Shown piece by piece: positions 51,667 through 61,587 of a stretch of 64,000 bases of DNA. The stretch's first letter is position 1; each line of letters starts with the position of its first letter. The position numbers and the translations under genes are program-made. The notes under the pieces were generated by a model. It did not search any database and was not told the DNA's origin. It worked only from the letters and a program-made list of their open reading frames with translations. The DNA is from an uncultured delta proteobacterium (lineage in GTDB: Bacteria; Myxococcota_A; Polyangia; Polyangiales; Polyangiaceae): the NCBI GenBank assembly GCA_963806225.1, contig CAWDXG010000001.1, forward strand, positions 1,920,001 to 1,984,000. The letters are read 5' to 3'.

Positions 51667-52293
51667 TCAGCGTCGGCGCCGCGTCGCTTTGCTGTGCTCG
51701 GCGCGATCGCGCGAGCCGGTGACGGCGGTGTCCGCCGCGTAGGCGACTTCGCCGGTCACCAGCGAGCCCGGCACCGGCAGCTTCGGCACGATCAAGAGCT
51801 CGAGGTCCAGCCGCGTGTGGTCCTTGTCGATCGGTCGGATGTGCCACCAGGCGTCGAGGCGCTTGACGTTGCCCCTGACCATGTGGGCCTCGATGAGCTC
51901 GCCGTCGTGGACCTTCTTTGGCGGTTCGAAACGCACGACCGCCCAGATCTTCGCCGCGCCGCGCAGGATCGGCACCTGCAGGTACACGTCCGCCTTGCCG
52001 TGGTGGCGTCCCAGAACGCGCGATTTCTCGAAGCGCTGGATGAAGTCCGCGTAGTGCCCGTAGTCGAGCACGACCTTCTTCACCGTGGCAGCCGGCGCGC
52101 GCACCGCGATGCGCGCGGCGCCGGCGCGGATGCTGCTGAGCCGCGTCTGCACCTCGTAGCGCTCCGCTTTCTGGTGCTTCATCAGCCGCTTCGTCACCGC
52201 CGACGGCTCGGCAGATGCGGCCGACGCGCTGCCCGCGAACGCGAGCAGGGTGGCGAAGAACAACGTGCGTCGGGAAAGCTCCAGAGGTCTCAT
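51667..52293 (-). CDS. Exported SRPBCC/START (polyketide cyclase-like) domain protein
   Basis: Signal 'MRPLELSRRTLFFATLLAFAGSASA'; 'VRAPAATVKKVVLDYGHYADFIQRFEKSRVL'; 'GNVKRLDAWWHI'. Confidence 0.7.
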   Translation of the reverse strand: MRPLELSRRTLFFATLLAFAGSASAASAEPSAVTKRLMKHQKAERYEVQTRLSSIRAGAARIAVRAPAATVKKVVLDYGHYADFIQRFEKSRVLGRHHGKADVYLQVPILRGAAKIWAVVRFEPPKKVHDGELIEAHMVRGNVKRLDAWWHIRPIDKDHTRLDLELLIVPKLPVPGSLVTGEVAYAADTAVTGSRDRAEHSKATRRRR

Positions 52294-52424
52294 ACCGGAG
52301 ACTGCCCGGTGCACGGCGCGTGCCGCTCCGGCTGCCCCCGGAAACCACGCGACAGCGGCTCGTATCGCGCGGCACCGTCGCCGCTCGTTTACAGGGTGTG
52401 CTTCTGACGCTCGTGCGCTCGCGA

Positions 52425-52769
52425 CTACAGCGGCGCCATCGTGCAATTTCCGGAGAACTGCACGCCCTTGTCCATGAAGATCTCGGGCGAGTGCAGGTTG
52501 CCGGTGACGGTCGCCGGTACGTGCAGCTCGATCGACTGCGCGGCGCGCACATTGCCCTGCACCGTGCCGCCCTTGATGATCACCGTGCCGACCTCGATCT
52601 CGGCGTCGACCTCGGCACCTTCGCCGATGATGAGCACGTCGGGGCTCCGGATCTCGCCCTTGAAGCTGCCGTCGATGCGCACCCGCCCCTCGAAGTGCAG
52701 CTTGCCCTCGAAGTGGGTGCCGCGGCCGAGCAGGGCGGTGATCTCGGTGGCGGGAAGCGCGGGATCCAT
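52425..52769 (-). CDS. Bactofilin (polymer-forming cytoskeletal protein)
   Basis: 'LLGRGTHFEGKLHFEGRVRIDGSFKGEI...IIGEGAEVDAEI...VQGNVRA...VTGNL...GVQFSGNCTM'. Confidence 0.92.
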   Translation of the reverse strand: MDPALPATEITALLGRGTHFEGKLHFEGRVRIDGSFKGEIRSPDVLIIGEGAEVDAEIEVGTVIIKGGTVQGNVRAAQSIELHVPATVTGNLHSPEIFMDKGVQFSGNCTMAPL

Positions 52770-52828
52770 GGGGCGCGCATCCTACCAGCCTCCGCGCCGC
52801 CGCCCAGCACGCCGTGATATGAGGCATA

Positions 52829-52890
52829 ATGCTACGATCCGGAGCGGTATTTGTAGCAATATGCGGCGGTGCCGTAGCAATTTGCTACAA
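52829..52890. promoter_or_regulatory. Operator-like GTAGCA direct and inverted repeats in the divergent intergenic region
   Basis: TGCTAC 52830-35; GTAGCAAT at 52853 and 52874 (21-bp period); palindrome GTAGCAA-T-TTGCTAC 52874-52888. Confidence 0.5.
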
Positions 52891-53224
52891 TCTTGCCGTC
52901 CTACTTGGGGGTCCTGGCAGCCGCTCGGCTTCGCAGGGCCGTCCCGCGACGGATCCCCTGCGCGCCCCCGGACGCCCGCGTTCCGTCGTCAGCATATCGA
53001 CGCCAGGCACCCCCTGGGGCCGTGAGTCGGATAACGTGCGCCCGGGTCGTTTCTGGAACACCAATGATTCCAGCCTATTGACAGCGCGTCGCTTGTGGGA
53101 ACAGATCCTGCTTGCTGGACGGCCAGGCCGGGCGTGCGAGTGCGCGCGCGGTGGCGAATTGACGCTGCAGCGGCGTCGTGAGAGGAGCCGCTGTCGCAGT
53201 AACTGGAGCAGGCGAAGAAAAATC

Positions 53225-54532
53225 ATGATGCGCCGAAGCCTAGGTCTCGGGGTCGCGCTGGCCGCGTCCTCGTTCATTCTTGCTGCGCCCGCCTGGGCGC
53301 AGGGTAACAGCGAGCCCACCGGTCCGGCGACGCAGCCGGCGCCGACGGGCGCGGCACCCGCGCAGTCGGGGCAGGCCGGCGCGTCCACCGGGGGCCAGCT
53401 CACCTGGAATCCCCAGGCGGACACCGGCGCCAAGCCGGCGGAGCAGAAGAAGGCCAAGCCGCGGCCGAGGAAGCTCAAGTGGCGCAACACCACGTTCGTG
53501 TGGGACCAGACGGCGACGGGTCAGACGGTCGGACTCGGCAAGGACTTCCAGAGCCGGGATCCCAACTACACGATGACGTTCTCGATCCGGCCCCGCTACT
53601 ACATCTACGACGACTCCCAGGCCGACGTGAGCACGCTGGGCACGGCCGCCGCGGCCAACGCCGCGACGAAGACGACCATCAGCTTGCGCGGCGATATCGG
53701 CTTGTCGCGCGAGTTCACCAACAGCGACTCCACCACCAAGAAGGGGGAGTGGACGGCGACCGACGGGCAGCTGTACCTGGCACTGACCCGGATGCTCTAC
53801 TCGAAGGGTGACGTTTCGACCATCGGTGTCGTCGACCTTCCCAAGCTGACCTTCCCGTCCTCGAAGTTCAGCTACGACGCCGGCCGCTACCTGGAGCTAG
53901 GCACCACCATCGCCGCGATCCAGCAGCTGCCGGTGCTCGGGTCGAAGTCGGACTTCCTGCAGATCCTGTCGCTGGAAGCCGCCGCGAGCTACGGCCACTG
54001 GTTCACGCGCGCCACCCAGGCCACCAACCCGAACCTGAGCTACGTGCGCATGAATCCGCAGGGCATCGCGCTGCCGGGCGACCAGCTGGGCGGCGCCGCA
54101 TTCGCGGAGCACCAGGCCGACTTCACCATCGCCGACGAGCTGATGATCACGGACCGCATCTCGTGGTCCAACCAGTTCAGCTGGCGGCCGTACTGGAAGT
54201 ACACGTTCGATAACCAGGCCAACTGCGTGCAGATCACGGGCGAGTGCGTGACGCCGAGCACGGTCGACAATCCGACGCACTACTCGGTGGTCACGCTGTT
54301 CGACACGGAGCTCGACGTGCGCGTGCTCGATCAGCTGAGCATCGCGGCGGGTTACGCGAACGTCACCCCGCAGATCGGTCCGGACGGCAAGCGGCGCAAC
54401 ATCTTCTACAGCCCCGACGCGGTCGTCTACCTGACCGCGACGGCCTACCTCGACCAGATCTACAAGACGATCACCAAGCCCTCGGCGTCCAAGCAGACGG
54501 CGCTCCTGCGCGGCGGCCCCGGCGTCGAGTAG
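53225..54532 (+). CDS. Secreted probable outer-membrane beta-barrel protein
   Basis: Signal peptide ending APAWA; amphipathic beta strands (YTMTFSIRPRYY, ISLRGDIGL, LFDTELDV, LSIAAGY, VYLTATAYLD). Confidence 0.65.
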   Translation: MMRRSLGLGVALAASSFILAAPAWAQGNSEPTGPATQPAPTGAAPAQSGQAGASTGGQLTWNPQADTGAKPAEQKKAKPRPRKLKWRNTTFVWDQTATGQTVGLGKDFQSRDPNYTMTFSIRPRYYIYDDSQADVSTLGTAAAANAATKTTISLRGDIGLSREFTNSDSTTKKGEWTATDGQLYLALTRMLYSKGDVSTIGVVDLPKLTFPSSKFSYDAGRYLELGTTIAAIQQLPVLGSKSDFLQILSLEAAASYGHWFTRATQATNPNLSYVRMNPQGIALPGDQLGGAAFAEHQADFTIADELMITDRISWSNQFSWRPYWKYTFDNQANCVQITGECVTPSTVDNPTHYSVVTLFDTELDVRVLDQLSIAAGYANVTPQIGPDGKRRNIFYSPDAVVYLTATAYLDQIYKTITKPSASKQTALLRGGPGVE

Positions 54533-54646
54533 GCGCGCGGCCACGTTGCGGCGCTGCCGCGCGTTCCGGCGCGGCGGAGGGGCCGGTCCGCCCGGCGATC
54601 GCCCGTTGGTTGGCGGTTTCCGGGCTGCCGTGCTCAAATAGCGGCG

Positions 54647-55387
54647 ATGTCCGTCCCATCCCGCCTACGGCGACTTGCGGCCCCGGCGGCGGCCCTGGCC
54701 GCGCTGGCGTGCCTCGCGGCCCTGCCTGCTCTAGCCCAGTCCGCCAAGGCCGGCGCCGCGGCTCCAGCGAAGTCGCCGCCAGCGCAGAAATCGGCGGCGC
54801 CGTCCGGCTCCGGCGCTTCGTCTGCCGAGCCCGCCAAGCCCAGCGCGCCGATGGGCGGCTATTCCTGGTCCGACAAGCACCGGCCCCGGCGCCACCACCA
54901 CCGCGTCCGCCTGCATTTCGATCCCAACGCCCCGACCGCGATGTTCCCGGGTTTCCGGATGCTGCCCGACGGCCGCAGCATGGTCTGGGTCAACGTCAGC
55001 CGGAAGGTGCCCGTCGAGGTGCGTCGCGCGGCCGGCCGCGTGACGTATCTACTGGGTGGCGCACAGGTCAGCATCCGCAACAACACCAACGCGCTCGTCA
55101 CGACCTACTTCGACACGCCGCTTTCGCGCGCGCGCCTCGTCCCCGGCAAGCAGGGCACGCAGCTGGTGCTGGAGCTGCGCGAGAAGGTGGAGCCGGGCTA
55201 CAAGGTCCTGAAGGGGCCGGGCGGCACGATGCTGCTCCAGGTTACGCTCCCGCCGCCATCGAAGAGCTTCCGGCCCCCGAGCGCTGCGCCTGTACGCGGC
55301 AAGACCCAGGACCGTCCCCGATCGATGATGCGGATGCCTGCCGCCTCCGGCACGCACGCGAGCGGCCGGTCCGGGCCGAAGCTGTAG
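54647..55387 (+). CDS. Exported protein with an AMIN-like domain
   Basis: Signal peptide; 'NNTNALVTTYFDTPLSRARLV...TQLVLELRE'. Confidence 0.6.
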   Translation: MSVPSRLRRLAAPAAALAALACLAALPALAQSAKAGAAAPAKSPPAQKSAAPSGSGASSAEPAKPSAPMGGYSWSDKHRPRRHHHRVRLHFDPNAPTAMFPGFRMLPDGRSMVWVNVSRKVPVEVRRAAGRVTYLLGGAQVSIRNNTNALVTTYFDTPLSRARLVPGKQGTQLVLELREKVEPGYKVLKGPGGTMLLQVTLPPPSKSFRPPSAAPVRGKTQDRPRSMMRMPAASGTHASGRSGPKL

Positions 55388-55426
55388 ACGCGACCCGGCA
55401 CGTGGGCTCGGGCAGGGGTCGGTAGG

Positions 55427-57382
55427 GTGAGCTTCCGTCCAGAGGCCCGGTTCGCGAGGGCCTTCGCGCTGGCGGGGCTCTGCGTGGCGTTGCCGCTCCA
55501 CGCCGCGGAGCCGGGCGCGGCGGCGGCGCACAAGCCTGCTCCGACGACGGAGACGCGGGAACGCACCCAGCACGACGACGGCACACCGTACTGGCTCGAC
55601 TTCTCGGCGGGCCGCGTCGACATCGACGCGAACTCGAACGAGCTCGACCTCAGCGACCATGTGGTGGTGCGGGTCGATCGCTATCGCCTGACCAGCGATC
55701 GCTTGAAGCTCCACCGCGGACCGCGCGGAATCGTGGTCGACGGCAGCGGGCGTGTCGCGTTCTGTCCTTGCCCCGACCCTCCGGTGTCGATCGGCTTCTC
55801 GTCCGTCACGGTGGCGCCGCCGACCGACATGTTGATCGCGCAGCCCACGCTGCGCCTAGGCGGTGTGCCGGTGATGTGGTTGCCATACCTCTGGCTGCGC
55901 TCGCCCGATCGGGTGGGCATGCTGCCGCCGAGGGTGGCCTGGCGCGCACAGGACGGCCTGTTGCTCGGCTCGGGCGTTCACCTGCCGTTCGGGCCGAAGC
56001 CGGACCACGGCCGGCGCTCTGCGCTCGATCTGCGCGCGGCGGGCTACGTGAAAGGGGGCGCCGAGCTGGACGGCAACATGGCCACGCCGACCACGAGCAC
56101 CCGGGTGCGCTGGGATCACCTCCGCCGGAGCCTGCTCGAGATCGATGCGCACGGAGCCGTGGCCGGACCGCGCAGAGGTTCCGTGGCGTGGCAGCTGGAC
56201 GCTATCCGGGGCGCCCGCGGTCTCGAAGGGACGATCCTGCTCGAGCCGGCGGCGCGCCGCTACGATCGAGCCGTGCTCCTGGCGCTCAGGGCTCGCGGCG
56301 CGGGGCTCTTCGCGATGGGGGTGCGCACGGACGCGGCCCGCGGTGGGCCGCTGGATCGCTTCGGCGCGGTCGGTCCGCGCGCGCACCTCGGGTTCGGCGG
56401 GGCGCTGGGCGATGTGGGCGACATCGATTCCGGCGTCGACGTGCAGACGGTGCACGCTGCCGGCTACGGCTCCGCGACGCTCGGCGTCCAGCGGCTGGAG
56501 ATCGGAATGGCGGCGCGCCCGGGGCCGCTGTCGGCCAGCGTGCGGGTGCGCGACGAGTTCGACGCCGGCACCACGGATAGTGCCGGCGGTGTACTCTTGC
56601 AGAGCGCGGGAAGGGCGAGGCTAGGGCTGCCGCTTGTGCGTGCGTACGGCAGCGGTTCCGCGCCGATCGTGCATCGCGTCGAGCCGTTCATCGAAGGCGG
56701 CGGCGGATATGCGGCCAGCCGCGGCGCGGCGTTCGCCGAACCCGAGCTGGTCGACGGCGGGTTGGTGAGCGCGGTGGCAGGTCTCGACAACGTGTTGGGG
56801 AGCACGCCGGACAGGGCGGCGGCGACGCTCGGTGTGCGCGGCGGCTACGTCGGCCCCGCGGCAGGGCCCGAGCCGGCCGTTTCCGGGCGGCTCGGCGCTA
56901 CCGTCGGCTGGCTCGCTCTCCGTTCGGACCTGGCGTGGCTGCCGCGCCATCGCCGCGACGTGATCGAGGCGACGCGGCTCAGGTTGGGACGCGAGGACCG
57001 GCTGCACGTGACGGGATATGTGGAAGGGCGGTCCGGCGCGTCGCCGACCCTGGCCCGGCTGCTGGTCGCCGACGCGTTCGATGCACCGAAAGCCGGCTGG
57101 TTCGACCGGAGTGGCTGGTCGACGGGCGGGGAGCTGGGCGTGCCCTGGACGGACTGGCTCGCGAGTGCGGTGGCGGGCGACTACGACCTGGAGACCCGGC
57201 AACTGCTCGCGATCCGCGGTTCTGTGGCCTACCGCCACCCGTGCGGCTGCCTGGCGCTGGTCGCCTGGGCGGGCCACCGCATCGGTCGTCCTGGTGTGGA
57301 CGCCTGGATGAGCGTCGATCTCGGCTCCCTAGTCGACATCCCGTATTGGACTCGCGTGATCGTACGGAACCGGAACCGGTAG
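55427..57382 (+). CDS. LptD/OstA-like outer-membrane assembly protein, divergent; true stop may be 57331
   Basis: N-terminal beta-jellyroll 'LDLSDHVVVR...LTSDRL', 'FCPCPDP', 'GGVPVMWLPYL', 'GMLPP'; barrel 'VHRVEP', 'AGLDNVL', 'YDL', 'YRHPCGCL'. Confidence 0.6.
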   Translation: MSFRPEARFARAFALAGLCVALPLHAAEPGAAAAHKPAPTTETRERTQHDDGTPYWLDFSAGRVDIDANSNELDLSDHVVVRVDRYRLTSDRLKLHRGPRGIVVDGSGRVAFCPCPDPPVSIGFSSVTVAPPTDMLIAQPTLRLGGVPVMWLPYLWLRSPDRVGMLPPRVAWRAQDGLLLGSGVHLPFGPKPDHGRRSALDLRAAGYVKGGAELDGNMATPTTSTRVRWDHLRRSLLEIDAHGAVAGPRRGSVAWQLDAIRGARGLEGTILLEPAARRYDRAVLLALRARGAGLFAMGVRTDAARGGPLDRFGAVGPRAHLGFGGALGDVGDIDSGVDVQTVHAAGYGSATLGVQRLEIGMAARPGPLSASVRVRDEFDAGTTDSAGGVLLQSAGRARLGLPLVRAYGSGSAPIVHRVEPFIEGGGGYAASRGAAFAEPELVDGGLVSAVAGLDNVLGSTPDRAAATLGVRGGYVGPAAGPEPAVSGRLGATVGWLALRSDLAWLPRHRRDVIEATRLRLGREDRLHVTGYVEGRSGASPTLARLLVADAFDAPKAGWFDRSGWSTGGELGVPWTDWLASAVAGDYDLETRQLLAIRGSVAYRHPCGCLALVAWAGHRIGRPGVDAWMSVDLGSLVDIPYWTRVIVRNRNR

Positions 57383-57398
57383 TGCTACCCTCGCTCTC

Positions 57399-58559
57399 GT
57401 GCCCGCAAGCGACAGGCCGCTGGGCAGCGAGCCGCCCACTTCCGCAGGGCCGACTTCGCGCTCGGTTATCGGGTCCACCGTGGTGGTGGCGGACGACGAC
57501 CGCATCACCCGCGAGCTCCTGGCAGGCATGCTGCGGGCCCACGGCTTCCTCGTTGAAGCGGTAGACGACGGCCAGGCGGCCCTGGAGCGGGTGGGTCGCG
57601 GGGGAGTGGATCTGGTCCTGCTCGACATCCTGATGCCGCGGCTCAGCGGTCTCGAGGCCTGCCGCCTGCTCAAGGGCATGACCAGCGACAGCTTCCTTCC
57701 GGTGGTGCTGGTGACGGTGAAGACCGACACGGCCAGTCGGGTCGAGGGGCTCAAGATCGGGGCCGACGACTACGTGTGCAAGCCGTTCGACGAGCGCGAG
57801 CTGATCGCCCGTGTGGAAGCAATGCTGCGCATCAAGAAGCTGCACGATCACGTCGTCCAGGCGCGCGCCAAGCTGGAGCGGCTGAGCGTCCACGACGACC
57901 AGACGGGGCTGTACAACTACCGCTACCTGCACACGCGCTTGAGCGAGGAGTTCAAGCGGGCCGAGCGCTACCACGATCCGCTAGCGTGCATCGTGATCGA
58001 CATCGATCGCCTGCAGGCGATGAACGACGCCGGAGGCCGCTCGCTCGGCGACAAGGTGGTCAAGGCCGTGGCGGATGTGGTGCGCGGCAGCGTCCGGGAG
58101 GTCGACGTCGTGGCGCGCTTCGGAGGGGACGAATTCCTCGTCGTGCTGCCCAGTACGCATTTCGCTGGCTCGGTCACGGTCGCCGAGCGCATCTGGCGCG
58201 AGGTCGGCGAGCAGGTCTTCATGGCCGCGTCGGGCAGCGCGCCGCAGGTCACGCTGTCGGTCGGGGTGGCGCTCTTCCCGTCGCGTGACGTTCGCACCAA
58301 GGACGCACTGCTGCGTGCGGCCGATTCGGCCCTGCACCAGGCGAAGCGCGATGGGGGCAACCGCATCTGCGTCTTCCAGCAGGACGGCTACCTGTACACG
58401 CCGGTGGTGGGCCCGACCAGCGAGCGCGCGCCCCGCTCGACGGGGGCACGCGCAGGACGCAAGTCCAGCCGCCCGCCGCCGACCGACAGGTCGCCATCGC
58501 CCGGGTCCGGGCGTACCGGTTCCGACCGTCCGCCGAGCGGAGGGCGTCGCTCCGGATGA
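57399..58559 (+). CDS. Response regulator / diguanylate cyclase (REC-GGDEF)
   Basis: REC 'VVADDD...LLDILMP...GADDYVCKPF'; 'DDQTGLYN'; I-site REVD; 'RFGGDEF'. Confidence 0.95.
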   Translation: MPASDRPLGSEPPTSAGPTSRSVIGSTVVVADDDRITRELLAGMLRAHGFLVEAVDDGQAALERVGRGGVDLVLLDILMPRLSGLEACRLLKGMTSDSFLPVVLVTVKTDTASRVEGLKIGADDYVCKPFDERELIARVEAMLRIKKLHDHVVQARAKLERLSVHDDQTGLYNYRYLHTRLSEEFKRAERYHDPLACIVIDIDRLQAMNDAGGRSLGDKVVKAVADVVRGSVREVDVVARFGGDEFLVVLPSTHFAGSVTVAERIWREVGEQVFMAASGSAPQVTLSVGVALFPSRDVRTKDALLRAADSALHQAKRDGGNRICVFQQDGYLYTPVVGPTSERAPRSTGARAGRKSSRPPPTDRSPSPGSGRTGSDRPPSGGRRSG

Positions 58560-60091
58560 CGCTGTCGGCCCGCAAGCGGTCGGGCGAGATGGTCGCCGCT
58601 GGAGCCGGGAGCGACGCTCCGCGCGTGTTGATCGTCGATGACGAGCCGGCGCTCAGACGCAGTCTGGCGCGGCTCCTGCTCAGCCGCGGGATGCACGTGC
58701 TCACTGCGGACGACGGAGCGGCCGCGATCGATCTTCTGGTCGAGGAGCGCGTGGATGTCGCGCTGGTCGATCTGATGATGCCGAACGTCGGTGGGCTGGA
58801 GCTGCTGGATCACGTCAAGCAGCATCACGTCGGCGTCGAGGTCATCATGATGACGGCCTTCGGCGACGTGGAGACGGCCGTGACGGCCGTGCGCGCGGGG
58901 GCGTACCACTTCCTGACCAAGCCGTTCCGCTCCAACGACGAGGTGGCGTTCACCGTCGCAAAAGCCGCCGAGCACCGGCGGCTGGTCACGCGCGCGGCTC
59001 TGCTCGAGAAGCGCATCAAGCAGATGGAGAAGTTCGGCGAGCTGATCGGCAACTCGCCCCGCATGCAGGAGGTGTATCGGCTGGCGACTGGCGTCGCACC
59101 GACCTTCTCGACGGTGCTCATCCTGGGCGAGAGCGGCACAGGCAAGGAGTTGACCGCGCGGGCCATCCATCAGCACTCGCCGCGCGCGGATCAACCGTTC
59201 GTGGCGGTCAACTGTTCGGCCATTCCGGTGGAGTTGGTCGAGAGCGAGCTGTTCGGGCACACGCGCGGCGCCTTCACGGGCGCCACGGGGACGCGCGAGG
59301 GCCTGTTCGAGGCGGCGGACCACGGCACGCTGTTCCTCGACGAGGTGGGCGATCTGCCGCCGCTGGCGCAGGTCAAGCTGCTGCGTGCGCTGCAGGAAGG
59401 GGAGATCAAGCGCGTGGGCGAAAACGTGATGCGCAGAGTCGACGTGCGCGTGATCGCGGCCACGAACGTGGATCTGCGCGAGCGCATCGCTGCGGGCGCG
59501 TTCCGTGAAGATCTGTTCTACCGCCTGCACGTGGTCGCGATCGAGCTGCCGCCGCTTCGGGAGCGCCGCGAGGACATCCCGCTCCTGGCGCATCACTTCC
59601 TGAAGAAGTACGCCGCGCGGGCGGGCCGGGACGTGCGCCACATCGCACCCGAGGCGCTGCGTGCGATGCAGGAGCAGCCCTGGCCGGGCAACGTGCGGGA
59701 GCTCGAGAACGCGATCGAGTACGCGACGGTGTTCTGCAGCGACGACACCATCCGCGCCGGCGATCTGCCGTTCACGCGCTCGAGCGGCGGCCCCGCCTCG
59801 CACCCTCCGGGACGCGGTGCCGTGCTCCCCGCGGGTCTCGCCGATCTTCCGTATCGCGACGCGAAACAGCAGGTCGTCGCGGCTTTCGAGGCGGAGTACT
59901 TCGCCGAGCTGGTGAAACGCGCCGACGGAAATATTTCCGAGGCGGCTCGCCAGGCCGGCCTGGATCGCTCGAACTTCCGGCGCGCCGCCAAGCGTGCAGG
60001 CTCGATCGACAGCGGAGAAGAACCCCGGACGGCTGACCGGGGCGAGCGCGGGGGCGCCCGCCCGACGGGCGGCGGTCCGTCCACAAGCTGA
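58556..60091 (+). CDS. NtrC-family sigma-54-dependent response regulator
   Basis: REC 'VLIVDDE...LVDLMMP'; [31 protein letters not shown] overlap with the upstream gene. Confidence 0.95.
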   Translation: MTLSARKRSGEMVAAGAGSDAPRVLIVDDEPALRRSLARLLLSRGMHVLTADDGAAAIDLLVEERVDVALVDLMMPNVGGLELLDHVKQHHVGVEVIMMTAFGDVETAVTAVRAGAYHFLTKPFRSNDEVAFTVAKAAEHRRLVTRAALLEKRIKQMEKFGELIGNSPRMQEVYRLATGVAPTFSTVLILGESGTGKELTARAIHQHSPRADQPFVAVNCSAIPVELVESELFGHTRGAFTGATGTREGLFEAADHGTLFLDEVGDLPPLAQVKLLRALQEGEIKRVGENVMRRVDVRVIAATNVDLRERIAAGAFREDLFYRLHVVAIELPPLRERREDIPLLAHHFLKKYAARAGRDVRHIAPEALRAMQEQPWPGNVRELENAIEYATVFCSDDTIRAGDLPFTRSSGGPASHPPGRGAVLPAGLADLPYRDAKQQVVAAFEAEYFAELVKRADGNISEAARQAGLDRSNFRRAAKRAGSIDSGEEPRTADRGERGGARPTGGGPSTS

Positions 60092-60168
60092 GCCCCCGGA
60101 GCCCGAGAGGGCGAGCGGTCCCCACAATCTGTCGCCTTGTACCCGGTCGGTCATGTAGTCTGCGCCCG

Positions 60169-61563
60169 ATGCGAGCGGGCACGCGGCCTCTGCTGCTGAT
60201 TGCGCTGCTCTGGGCGCTGCCGGCGGCCGGCCAGACAGCGGCTGGCAGCGCGCGGGCCCATGCGCCGCGCACGGCGCCGCTCGTGCACACGCGCCACACC
60301 TACACGCTGGCGCGTTGCCTGGAGCTCGCCGAGCAGAACTATCCCAAGGTCGCCGTGGCGCGGGCCAAGCTGGCGGACAAGCGCGCCCAGCTGTGGGAGG
60401 CGCACACGGCGCCGTTCAGCAACTTCAACGTCACCGGCGGGGTGGGGCTCGCGCCGACCGTGCGCGGCACCAGCGTGTACAGCCCGAATACCGATGTCGC
60501 GCTGACCTCCAACATGGCGCTCGCCTGGCAGGTCGGTATCGAGGGGGTGGTCCCGCTGTGGACCTTCGGCAAGATCAGCAACCTGTGGGATGCGGCCGAG
60601 GCGCAGGTCAAGCTCGGCCAGCACGAGGTCAAGAAGGAGCAGAACGAGGTCAAGCTGTCGGTCCGCAAGGCCTACTATGGAGTGCAGCTGGCCCGCGACT
60701 CGCTCTCGCTCCTGAACAACGCGACCGGCCGCATCGACAAGTACATCGACCACATGGCCAAGCAGGTCGCCAAGGGCGAGGGTGACGACATCGAGCTCCT
60801 GAAGATGCGTATGTACCGGGCCGAGCTCGACGCGCGGCAGGCCGAGGCCGAAAAATCGGAGGCCTCGGCGTTGGCCGGCCTGCGATTCCTCACGGGAGTC
60901 AAGAGCCTCGACGTGCCGGACAAGCCGCTCAGACGCGTGCATCACACGCTGGCGCCGCTCGCGCGCTATCTCACGGCGGCGCGGCTGTTCCGCCCGGAGA
61001 TAAACATGGCACGTGCAGGCGTGGTAGCCCGCCAGGCGCAGGTGCGCCTGGCGCGCGCGCGCTACTTTCCCGACGTCGGTATCGGGCTCACCGCGAAATG
61101 GGCGCGCGCACCCGAGGTCACGGATCAGACCAACCCATTCGTGCTCGATAACGGCAACTACCTGCACTATGGCTTCGGTCTGGTGCTGCGCTGGAAGCTC
61201 GACTTCCTTCCCCAGACTGCGCGCTTGGCCCAGGCCCGCGCCAAGCTGGAGGAAACGCGTGCCACCGAGCGCTACGCTCTGGGCGGCGTCGGCGTGGAAG
61301 TGGAGCAGGCGTATGCCGAGGCCAGGAGCGCAAAGCGGCGGCTGGACGCGTATTCGCGGGCCACGCAGTACGCGCGTCAGTGGCTGATCAAGGTGCAGCA
61401 GGGCATCGACGTGGGCACCTTCGACGACGAGGACATCGTGGATCCCGCGAAGGCGTACGCGCTGCACAAGTTCTCGAAGATGTCGGCCACCTTCGACTAC
61501 AACATGGCCATCGCCAAGCTGGCCCTGGCGACAGGCTGGGACGAGATCGCCGACGCGCCCTAG
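60169..61563 (+). CDS. TolC-family outer-membrane efflux protein
   Basis: Signal peptide; 'TLARCLELAEQNYP', 'PLWTFGK', 'VRKAYY', 'RPE...ARYFPDV', 'YNMAIAKLALATG'. Confidence 0.9.
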   Translation: MRAGTRPLLLIALLWALPAAGQTAAGSARAHAPRTAPLVHTRHTYTLARCLELAEQNYPKVAVARAKLADKRAQLWEAHTAPFSNFNVTGGVGLAPTVRGTSVYSPNTDVALTSNMALAWQVGIEGVVPLWTFGKISNLWDAAEAQVKLGQHEVKKEQNEVKLSVRKAYYGVQLARDSLSLLNNATGRIDKYIDHMAKQVAKGEGDDIELLKMRMYRAELDARQAEAEKSEASALAGLRFLTGVKSLDVPDKPLRRVHHTLAPLARYLTAARLFRPEINMARAGVVARQAQVRLARARYFPDVGIGLTAKWARAPEVTDQTNPFVLDNGNYLHYGFGLVLRWKLDFLPQTARLAQARAKLEETRATERYALGGVGVEVEQAYAEARSAKRRLDAYSRATQYARQWLIKVQQGIDVGTFDDEDIVDPAKAYALHKFSKMSATFDYNMAIAKLALATGWDEIADAP

Positions 61564-61587
61564 TCCAACGGGTGCGCCTTGCCGGCG

